Origin: Eubacteriales bacterium | GTDB taxonomy: Bacteria; Bacillota; Clostridia; Oscillospirales; CAG-272 | Length of the DNA: 64,000 bases | Assembly (NCBI GenBank): GCA_045656885.1 | Contig: JAZORZ010000042.1 | Location: 6,973 to 70,972 of the forward strand | Direction: 5' to 3' | In this document: positions 57,027 through 64,000 of the stretch, in pieces | Layout: each line of letters begins with the position of its first letter | How positions within the stretch are numbered: the stretch's first letter is position 1 | The notes under the pieces: model-generated | What the model was told of the DNA's origin: nothing | What the model saw: the letters and a program-made list of their open reading frames with translations, nothing else | Database searches by the model: none | Position numbers and translations under genes: made by a program

Positions 57027-58412
57027 TCAATTGTTTTCCTTCATCATATTCAGCACCTCATAAATGCCTCTGATAGGAATGATATGGATGCTTTCTGTCT
57101 CAATTTTGCGTTTTTCGATGTTGCGGTAGGGAACGATGGCGTGCTTAAAGCCAAGGCGTTCTGCTTCTTTGATGCGCTGCTCCAAATTGGAGACGGAGCG
57201 ACATTCACCTGCAAGACCGAGTTCGCCAATGGCGATCAAATCATCGGGGATAATACGGTCGGTCATCGAGGAGATCAGTGCCATTGCAAGCGCTACGTCG
57301 GTGGCGGGCTCGTCCAGCCGCATACCACCAATAACGTTGAGATAAACATCGTTTTGATAGAATTTGAGTCCGAGTCTCTTTTCCAAAACCGCAATGATTA
57401 GGCACATACGGTTGTAATCTATGCCGTTTGTGGTGCGGCGCGGAGCAGGGAAAGCGGTGGGGGTTACAAGCGCCTGAATTTCGGCAATGATGGGGCGTGT
57501 GCCCTCTATGGTGCAAACGGCACAGTTGCCCGAAATGTTCTTCGGTCTGCCTGCGAGCAGCATTTGCGAGGGGTTGTCCACCTCCAAAAGACCTTTATCG
57601 GTCATCTCAAACACGCCAATCTCGTTGGTCGAGCCATAGCGGTTCTTAATGGCGCGAATGATGCGGTACGCTTGCTGACGCTCGCCCTCAAAATAGAGTA
57701 CGGCATCCACCATGTGTTCAAGCACTTTCGGTCCTGCGATACTGCCTTCCTTGTTGACGTGTCCGACCATGATCACCGAAATACCGTCGCCCTTTGCCTT
57801 GTTGATAAAGGAAAGCGCGGTTTCCTTTACCTGCGTAGTGCTACCCGGTGCGGAGTTGACCGCTGCGGAATAGATGGTTTGAATCGAGTCAACGATGATG
57901 ACGTCGGGCTTGATCTTATCGACCTCTTTAAGGATGCTTTCAATATTCGATTCGGTCAGAATAAAGAGGGAACTACCTTGCACACCAAGTCGCTTTGCGC
58001 GGAGCTTGAGCTGACCGCCCGACTCCTCGCCCGAAACGTAGAGGACACGGCGGCTCTCACCAAGAGCATCGCAAATTTGCATCAAAAGGGTGGATTTACC
58101 AATGCCGGGCTCACCCGAAAGAAGCACCACAGAGCCGTGCACGAGTCCGCCGCCAAGCACGCGGTCAAGCTCACCAAGACCCGTGGAACGGCGCATATAA
58201 TCGGGAATTTCCAAATCGGTAAAGCCAACGGCGTGGTTATCGCCAATAGAGGGGATCATGCTCACGCGCTTGGGCGCACTTGCCGTGGGGGCAAGCTCTT
58301 GCACGTCCTCAACAAAAGCGTTCCAAGCACCGCAAGAGGGGCATTTACCAAGCCATTTGGGGCTTTTATATTCACATTCCGAGCAGATGTAAAACGTTTT
58401 CAGTCCTTTCAT
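57027..58412 (-). CDS. radA: DNA repair protein RadA/Sms
   Basis: The start was set at 58412 (MKGLKTFYICSECEY..CPSCGAW, a zinc ribbon). It has Walker A GEPGIGKST, the KNRYG motif and a Lon-like C-terminus. Confidence 0.95.
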   Translation of the reverse strand: MKGLKTFYICSECEYKSPKWLGKCPSCGAWNAFVEDVQELAPTASAPKRVSMIPSIGDNHAVGFTDLEIPDYMRRSTGLGELDRVLGGGLVHGSVVLLSGEPGIGKSTLLMQICDALGESRRVLYVSGEESGGQLKLRAKRLGVQGSSLFILTESNIESILKEVDKIKPDVIIVDSIQTIYSAAVNSAPGSTTQVKETALSFINKAKGDGISVIMVGHVNKEGSIAGPKVLEHMVDAVLYFEGERQQAYRIIRAIKNRYGSTNEIGVFEMTDKGLLEVDNPSQMLLAGRPKNISGNCAVCTIEGTRPIIAEIQALVTPTAFPAPRRTTNGIDYNRMCLIIAVLEKRLGLKFYQNDVYLNVIGGMRLDEPATDVALAMALISSMTDRIIPDDLIAIGELGLAGECRSVSNLEQRIKEAERLGFKHAIVPYRNIEKRKIETESIHIIPIRGIYEVLNMMKENN

Positions 58413-58448
58413 TTCACACGTCCGCCTTTCTTTTTCATACTTACATCC

Positions 58449-58477
58449 ATTATACCGCATTTTGTCGGCTTTTGCAA
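58449..58477 (-). promoter_or_regulatory. Sigma-A promoter for radA
   Basis: On the minus strand, TTGCAA - 17 bp - TATAAT. Confidence 0.7.
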
Positions 58478-58484
58478 GAGGTTT

Positions 58485-59210
58485 TTACGTGATTGCGCGT
58501 AAAATTCCCATGCACAATGTCAGTGCCAGCTGTTGGCGGTAACTTTCACTTCCTAAAAGTGCCGCTTCCTCGGGCGAGGAAAGAAATCCGCACTCCACAA
58601 GCACGGCAGGGCACTCCAAATGATGCAACAAATAAATGCTGCTGCCGCTCCGCTTTACGGGGCGGTCGTTTTCGGGTTGTAAGAGTTCTTGCACAGTTGA
58701 ATGAATGGTTTTTGCAAGATTTTCAGATGCCGGATTGTTAGCCGAATACCACACCTGCACCCCTTGGCAAGAGGGATCTGGATAAGTGTTCATGTGCAAG
58801 CTGACAAAAACGGGATCGCTCGCCCCCTCGGCAATTTTAAGGCGCGCTTGCATATCAAGTATCTTTTTGCGGCCGTGAAAATCCACGTTTCTATCATACA
58901 AAAGCGTGTCGGTATCCCTTGTTAAAATCACGTTAACACCGTTTGCAACAAGAATATCGCGCATTTCCAAGGCAAGCGCCAAGTTGAGGTCCTTTTCAAG
59001 AAGTCCGTCAGCACTCGATGCACCGCCGTCCTCGCCTCCGTGCCCCGCATCCAAAATGACGGTTTTGGCAGGGGAAGTTGGGGATTTATTTATGACATTG
59101 ATGTCACTTTTCTGCCTCGTTTTTTCTGCAATGCCGAATAGAATTGCCATCAGAATACTCAAAAAAAGCAAAAATGCTAAAAAACGCAAAGAGAATGCCG
59201 GCTTTTTCAA
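58485..59210 (-). CDS. cwlD: N-acetylmuramoyl-L-alanine amidase, CwlD-like (germination-specific type)
   Basis: 241 aa with an N-terminal TM helix. Amidase_3 motifs are LDAGHGGEDGGA, VSLHMN and VECGFLSSPEEAALL. The architecture matches CwlD. Confidence 0.8.
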   Translation of the reverse strand: MKKPAFSLRFLAFLLFLSILMAILFGIAEKTRQKSDINVINKSPTSPAKTVILDAGHGGEDGGASSADGLLEKDLNLALALEMRDILVANGVNVILTRDTDTLLYDRNVDFHGRKKILDMQARLKIAEGASDPVFVSLHMNTYPDPSCQGVQVWYSANNPASENLAKTIHSTVQELLQPENDRPVKRSGSSIYLLHHLECPAVLVECGFLSSPEEAALLGSESYRQQLALTLCMGILRAIT

Positions 59211-59284
59211 TTCGTTTTTTCTCCCATCAATTGAATTTGCACAGCAATTTATGCATAAAAATCAAAGAATATTCATTTTTAGTG

Positions 59285-59312
59285 TTGACATTCCTAAAAA
59301 ATATTGTATAAT
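59285..59312 (+). promoter_or_regulatory. Sigma-A promoter for nusB operon
   Basis: TTGACA - 16 bp - TATAAT. Confidence 0.7.
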
Positions 59313-59381
59313 AATATAAGATGGGTTATTATGTGGTATTGTGCCCTTTAGGATAAAAGTGCCCAAAAAGTCAGAAAGGAA

Positions 59382-59810
59382 TTGCAAGCAATGGCAGCAA
59401 TTACAAGAAAAGAAGCAAGAGCACAGGTTTTTAACCTGCTTTTTGAAACAGAATTTCACACCGATGCAACACCTGAGGAAATTTATGCACTCTCGCAAGA
59501 GAATCGCGAATTTGTTGAGGACGCATACATCCGCCGTGCCTACTTTGGCGTTCAGGAGCATCTTGAAGAAATCGACGAAATCATGGCGCGCCACGCCAAC
59601 GGTTGGAAGCCGAGCCGTATCACCCCCGTATCTCGCAGTGCAATCCGTCTTTGCATTTTTGAAATGAAATACATGGACGATATCCCTGCGGCGGTTTCTA
59701 TCAACGAGGCGATCGAGCTTGTCAAAACGCACGATGACCCCAAAATGCGTACCTTTGTAAACGGCGTTTTGCACGGAGCCAAAACAGAGTTGGAAGAAGC
59801 GGCACAATGA
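59382..59810 (+). CDS. nusB: Transcription antitermination factor NusB
   Basis: 142 aa with RKEARAQVFNLLFE... and the NEAIELVK motif. Confidence 0.9.
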   Translation: MQAMAAITRKEARAQVFNLLFETEFHTDATPEEIYALSQENREFVEDAYIRRAYFGVQEHLEEIDEIMARHANGWKPSRITPVSRSAIRLCIFEMKYMDDIPAAVSINEAIELVKTHDDPKMRTFVNGVLHGAKTELEEAAQ

Positions 59811-60754
59811 CCGAATGTTTTGTAGGAATCGATACCAGTAACTATACCACCTCGGCGGCGATTTGCACAAAGGAAGGCCAAGTTGTTGCCAATCTTAAAC
59901 TTCCGCTCCCCGTAAAGGCGGGCGAGTGCGGACTTCGCCAAAGTGATGCGGTATTCGCACACGTCAAAAATCTTCCTCTGCTGATGCAAATTCTTGCAGG
60001 GGAACTCAAAGAGATGAAACCCGTAGCTATCGGTGTTTCAGAGGCACCGAGACCGCAAGAGGGCTCCTATATGCCGTGCTTTCTTTCAGGCATTGCGGCG
60101 GGGGAGAGCTTCGCGGCGGCGGCAAATATTCCACTTTTGCGCTTTTCACATCAAGAGGGGCACATTATGGCGGCGGTATATTCGGCAGGCGCTGTGCACC
60201 TGCTGGAGAGAGAACGCTTTGCGGCGTTTCACGTTTCGGGCGGAACCACCGAGGTTCTTATTGCCACTCCGCACGCAAGCGGATTTGACATCGAGCTTTT
60301 TGCGGCAACCGCCGACATCAACGCAGGACAAGCCATCGACCGCATCGGTGTAATGCTTGGTTTAGCATTTCCTTGCGGAAAAGAGCTTGAAAAGTTAGCA
60401 CAAACAAATACAAAAAAAATCCCAAAGTCGCGCATTTCCGTCAAGGACGGCTATTGCAACCTTTCGGGACTTGAAAATATGGCAACCAAGCTGTGGCAGG
60501 AGAGTGGCGACGCCGCCCTCGTTGCCGCGTTCACACTCCAATTCATTGGCGATACACTGATTGCAATGACGAATGAATTGGATGCGCGCATTCCGTCGCT
60601 TCCAATCGTTTATGCGGGCGGCGTGATGAGCAACCGCTATCTGCAAACCCGTTTGGGTGAGCGCGAGAACACCTATTTTGCCGAACCGCAATTTTCGGCG
60701 GACAACGCGGCAGGTATCTCACTGCTTTGCAGAAAACAATATCTCAAAATTTGA
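59807..60754 (+). CDS. Divergent Kae1/TsaD (peptidase M22) family protein
   Basis: Its start overlaps the nusB stop (ATGA). It has GIDTSNYTT (versus GIETSCDET), the His pair SHQEGH, VSGGTT, GGVMSN and ADNAAGI. Confidence 0.72.
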   Translation: MTECFVGIDTSNYTTSAAICTKEGQVVANLKLPLPVKAGECGLRQSDAVFAHVKNLPLLMQILAGELKEMKPVAIGVSEAPRPQEGSYMPCFLSGIAAGESFAAAANIPLLRFSHQEGHIMAAVYSAGAVHLLERERFAAFHVSGGTTEVLIATPHASGFDIELFAATADINAGQAIDRIGVMLGLAFPCGKELEKLAQTNTKKIPKSRISVKDGYCNLSGLENMATKLWQESGDAALVAAFTLQFIGDTLIAMTNELDARIPSLPIVYAGGVMSNRYLQTRLGERENTYFAEPQFSADNAAGISLLCRKQYLKI

Positions 60755-60769
60755 CGAAAGGAGCGCACA

Positions 60770-61978
60770 ATGCAAGGGGAAAGACAAGCGCTGTCGGTTA
60801 CACAGCTCAATGAATATCTCAAAATGCTGCTAGATGGTGACCGCGTGCTTTCCAATGTGTTTGTGCGCGGTGAAATATCCAATTTCAAGCTCTATTCATC
60901 GGGTCACGCCTATTTCACTCTCAAAGATGATGCGGGGCAGCTCAAGTCAGTCATGTTCCGCTCTTACTTTTCTCGCCTGGCGTTTTTGCCCGAGGACGGT
61001 ATGCGCGTCATTGCCCACGGCCGTGTTTCGGTGTATGAGAGCAGCGGACAGTATCAGCTCTACGTTGACGATCTGCAGCCGGACGGTGCGGGCTCGCTTG
61101 CAATGCGCTTTGAGCAGCTCAAGCGCAAGCTTGCCGCCGAAGGGTTATTTGACGAATCCCGCAAACGTCCCCTGCCGCCAATGCCGCGGCGTATCGGTGT
61201 TATCACCTCGCCCTCGGGTGCGGCAGTGCACGATATCATCAACGTGCTCGGTCGCCGTTTTCCTGCTGCTGAAATGATCCTTTACCCCAGCGAGGTGCAG
61301 GGCGCGCAAGCCCCCGCACAGCTGATTTCGGGCGTGGAGTTTTTCTCAATGACAGGTCTTGTTGACGTCATCATTCTCGGTCGCGGCGGTGGCTCTGCCG
61401 AGGACCTTTGGGCCTTCAACGACGAATATTTGGCGCGTGCCGTTGCGTCCTGTTCGGTTCCCGTCATTTCGGCGGTCGGGCATGAGAGTGACTTTACCAT
61501 TTGCGATTTTGTGGCAGACCGTCGCGCACCCACTCCCTCGGCGGCGGCAGAGATCGCCGTTCCCGATATGGGAGAGATCCTGCGCGGACTTGCTTCACTT
61601 CGTACAGGACTTCAAACTTCAATGCAAAAATTGATCCTGCAGGAAAGACGAATGCTTAATCAATTTACACAATCTCGTGTATTTGCGCGTCCCGAGCAAA
61701 TGCTTGATAACTTCCGCATGCGCCTTGACGAGCGTGAGGCAAATCTTGGCCGTGCCGTGGGACAAACCCTTTTGCAAAAGAAGCAAAGCACCGCACGGGT
61801 TGCAGGAAAATTGGAAGCACTCAATCCCTTGGCGGTTTTGTCGCGCGGATACGCGACTGTCAGCCGTGAGGGCATCGCTGTTACAAGCATAGAACAAATC
61901 AACGATAACGACACGCTGGATATCCGTTTTGCGGACGGTTCCGTTCGTGCAACGGTGTCACAACGAAAGGATAGATAA
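60770..61978 (+). CDS. xseA: Exodeoxyribonuclease VII large subunit
   Basis: 402 aa with an OB-fold N-terminus (VRGEISNFK..SGHAYFTLKD) and GRGGGSAEDLW. Confidence 0.93.
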   Translation: MQGERQALSVTQLNEYLKMLLDGDRVLSNVFVRGEISNFKLYSSGHAYFTLKDDAGQLKSVMFRSYFSRLAFLPEDGMRVIAHGRVSVYESSGQYQLYVDDLQPDGAGSLAMRFEQLKRKLAAEGLFDESRKRPLPPMPRRIGVITSPSGAAVHDIINVLGRRFPAAEMILYPSEVQGAQAPAQLISGVEFFSMTGLVDVIILGRGGGSAEDLWAFNDEYLARAVASCSVPVISAVGHESDFTICDFVADRRAPTPSAAAEIAVPDMGEILRGLASLRTGLQTSMQKLILQERRMLNQFTQSRVFARPEQMLDNFRMRLDEREANLGRAVGQTLLQKKQSTARVAGKLEALNPLAVLSRGYATVSREGIAVTSIEQINDNDTLDIRFADGSVRATVSQRKDR

Positions 61979-61979
61979 A

Positions 61980-62219
61980 ATGACAAAGAAAACGATAACC
62001 TTTGAGGCGGCAATGGAACGCCTTGAAGAAATAACCCGACTGCTCGAAGCAGGTGCCGAGGGACTTGACGAATCTCTCAAGCTTTACGAGGAGGGCGTTT
62101 CTCTCATTCGTCTCTGCACACAAAAATTGGAGAGTGCCGAGCAAAGCGTAAAGGTTTTGCAAATGAGCGAGGAGGGAATTGCTCTCGCCGATTTTGAGGG
62201 CAAGGGTGAAAAGATATGA
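61980..62219 (+). CDS. xseB: Exodeoxyribonuclease VII small subunit
   Basis: The start was set at 61980. 79 aa containing FEAAMERLEEITRLLEAG...SLKLYEEG. Confidence 0.9.
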   Translation: MTKKTITFEAAMERLEEITRLLEAGAEGLDESLKLYEEGVSLIRLCTQKLESAEQSVKVLQMSEEGIALADFEGKGEKI

Positions 62220-63106
62220 TCAACGAAGCTTTAGAGCTTTTGATGCATCGCGATGCTACTATGACCGAGGATGCACTCCGTAAATATTACACAGATGATG
62301 CCGATATTCAGATCCTCTTGGATGCTGAGAGATACAGTCTTTTTGCAGGCGGAAAGCGTATTCGTCCAATGCTCGCCATTGAGTTTTGTCGCTTGTTTGG
62401 CGGCGATGAAGCGGCGGCTCTGCCGTTTGCTTGCGCTGTGGAAATGATCCACACCTACTCGCTCATTCACGACGATCTTCCTTGCATGGATGACGACGAG
62501 CTCCGTCGCGGCAAGCCCTGCAACCATAAGGTGTTTGGCGAGGGCATGGCACTCCTGGCAGGGGATTCGCTCCTGACGGGGGCATTTGAGGCGGCGGCAA
62601 CCAACGTTGAAGCAGGCCCCGAGATCTCCGCTATGGCGGTTGCTTATCTTGCGGGGTGTGCGGGTCGCTACGGTATGATCGGCGGTCAGGTCATGGACCT
62701 TGAGGGCGAGGGCAAAGAGCTTGGGCTCGAGTCTCTCCTCAAACTTCACTCTCTCAAAACCGGCGCACTCATTGGCGCATCCTGTGTTTTGGGTGCTCTT
62801 GCGGCGGGTGTTCGCTTTGGCGACCCTTGTATGGCAGACGTTGTGACATATTCCGAAAACATCGGCTTGGTATTCCAAATCATTGATGATATTCTCGATG
62901 CCACCGCTACCGCCGAGCAGCTCGGCAAGAGTGTTGGCGGTGACAAAAAACGCAAAAAGAATACCTTTTTGAATTTCTATTCCGAAGAAGAAGCGCGTTT
63001 TTATGCGGAACAGCTGACCCGTGAAGCAGTTGCGGCGCTCAAAAGATATCCCGACTCCGATGCCCTTATCTCACTGGCAGAATGGTTGCTGGCAAGAGAA
63101 AAATAA
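62216..63106 (+). CDS. ispA: Farnesyl/geranylgeranyl diphosphate synthase (polyprenyl synthetase)
   Basis: Has the FARM motif HDDLPCMDDDELRRG and the SARM motif DDILD. Its start overlaps the xseB stop. Confidence 0.9.
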   Translation: MINEALELLMHRDATMTEDALRKYYTDDADIQILLDAERYSLFAGGKRIRPMLAIEFCRLFGGDEAAALPFACAVEMIHTYSLIHDDLPCMDDDELRRGKPCNHKVFGEGMALLAGDSLLTGAFEAAATNVEAGPEISAMAVAYLAGCAGRYGMIGGQVMDLEGEGKELGLESLLKLHSLKTGALIGASCVLGALAAGVRFGDPCMADVVTYSENIGLVFQIIDDILDATATAEQLGKSVGGDKKRKKNTFLNFYSEEEARFYAEQLTREAVAALKRYPDSDALISLAEWLLAREK

Positions 63107-63130
63107 TATGACAGAGAAGGAAAGAACACA

Positions 63131-63604
63131 ATGCAAGATTTGATCACAAACTACTACCTCATCTCCGCTATGGCAGCGTGGCTCTTGGCACAGATCCTCA
63201 AAATTTTTACCGGCTTTTTCAAAGAGCAAAAATTCACCTTTAAGGCCCTGTTTTTTGGAACGGGTGGAATGCCAAGCTCGCATACCGCAACCGTTGCGGC
63301 ACTTTCTACAGCTTGTGCCATCGGTCAGGGATTTGACTCTGCAATCTTTGCTATTTCCGTCGTTCTTGCCATCATCGTTATGATCGATGCTACGGGCGTA
63401 CGCCGTGAAACAGGAAAGCAATCCCGCGCCCTCAATATCATTATTGAGGAACTTTTTAAGTCCCATGATATTAAGACCCTTGATACACATTTCAAGGAGC
63501 TCATCGGCCACACACCCCTGCAGGTTGTTTTCGGATTTATTACGGGTGTGATAGCCGCACTTGCACTTTCCTTTATTCCCGTATTCGGTGTTTCTTTGTT
63601 ATGA
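63131..63604 (+). CDS. Divergent PAP2 / DUF212 (YuiD-like) membrane protein
   Basis: 157 aa with GGMPSSHTATV and DATGVRRETGKQ motifs. Confidence 0.8.
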   Translation: MQDLITNYYLISAMAAWLLAQILKIFTGFFKEQKFTFKALFFGTGGMPSSHTATVAALSTACAIGQGFDSAIFAISVVLAIIVMIDATGVRRETGKQSRALNIIIEELFKSHDIKTLDTHFKELIGHTPLQVVFGFITGVIAALALSFIPVFGVSLL

Positions 63605-64000
63605 GAGCCGATCTCTTTTTAACCGAAAAAGGGTATATTTCAAGCCGCAAAAAGGCACAAACGCTGATCGACGAGGGAAAAGTCACGATCGACGGTCACA
63701 TTGTGAAAAAAGCATCGCAGCCGATAGATGAGGGTGAACATACCGTAGAGATTTTGCAAAGCGATGAGGTTCGCTTTGTCGGCCGCGGAGGCCTGAAGCT
63801 GGAAGCGGCACTCGATGCCTTCGACATTGATGCCAATGGCAAAATCGCGCTTGATATCGGTGCCTCTACGGGTGGCTTTACCGATTGCCTTTTGCAACGC
63901 GGTGCCACCAAGGTGTATGCCGTTGATGCAGGCGTGGGGCAGCTTGCCGCAAGCTTGCTCGCAAATCCCGCCGTTATCTCTATCGAAAAGATGAACGCGC
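63601..64000 (+). CDS. tlyA: TlyA-family rRNA 2'-O-methyltransferase (partial, runs off right edge)
   Basis: Its ATG overlaps the previous stop (ATGA). It has an S4-like N-terminus, VGRGGLKLE and DIGASTGGFTDCLLQRGA. Confidence 0.88.
   Translation, partial: MRADLFLTEKGYISSRKKAQTLIDEGKVTIDGHIVKKASQPIDEGEHTVEILQSDEVRFVGRGGLKLEAALDAFDIDANGKIALDIGASTGGFTDCLLQRGATKVYAVDAGVGQLAASLLANPAVISIEKMNA

Noticed and set aside
1-64000. Search for CRISPR arrays, rRNA/tRNA genes, IS elements/transposases and toxin-antitoxin pairs
   Set aside because: I saw no regularly spaced direct repeats, no tRNA-like cloverleaf segments in the intergenic gaps, no transposase-like ORFs and no small adjacent gene pairs with TA-like features.

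Overview
This 64-kb window is mostly a densely packed housekeeping region of a Firmicutes/Clostridia-type chromosome. The taxonomic call rests on polC, cwlD, mecA, secG, sigma-A-type promoters and Gram-positive gene order; nothing finer can be supported from the sequence.

The plus-strand block 1-15.5 kb runs grpE' - dnaK - dnaJ - prmA | pyrH - frr - uppS - cdsA - dxr - rseP - ispG - polC.

The remainder contains:
- mecA, nnr, secG, a DacB-like carboxypeptidase and a class A PBP
- a GH4 glycosidase
- a lysine riboswitch controlling an NhaC-family transporter
- mgtC plus a CPA2 antiporter
- a minus-strand run rpmB / mtaB and tsaE - tsaB - rpiB - ispD - ispF - rpe
- upp, an rluD-like gene, lnt, a Xer-type recombinase and ychF
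- an OmpR-type response regulator followed by htrA
- proBAC, radA, cwlD, and nusB - tsaD-like - xseAB - ispA - tlyA'

No rRNA, tRNA, CRISPR array, transposase or prophage structural genes were seen. Almost every intergenic gap carries a near-consensus -35/17 bp/-10 promoter and/or a clear rho-independent terminator.

I found no convincing multi-gene novel system. The best second-look items are:
- a lysine riboswitch driving an NhaC transporter that carries an inserted CxxC..CxxCGG knuckle
- a tetra-DUF1508 (YegP) protein fused to an A/K/P-rich histone-tail-like N-terminus
- a 111-nt nested rod-like hairpin in a long leader of a lipoprotein gene
- an orphan WalR/CssR-like regulator plus HtrA pair behind a 450-bp AT-rich region with TGTWAH-N5 repeats
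- a MutS paralog lacking the mismatch-recognition domain, next to a UxaC-like protein that appears to lack its metal ligands
- an Lnt homolog
- a low-GC islet beside a tyrosine recombinase

All functional calls come from motif recognition by eye, not from database searches.
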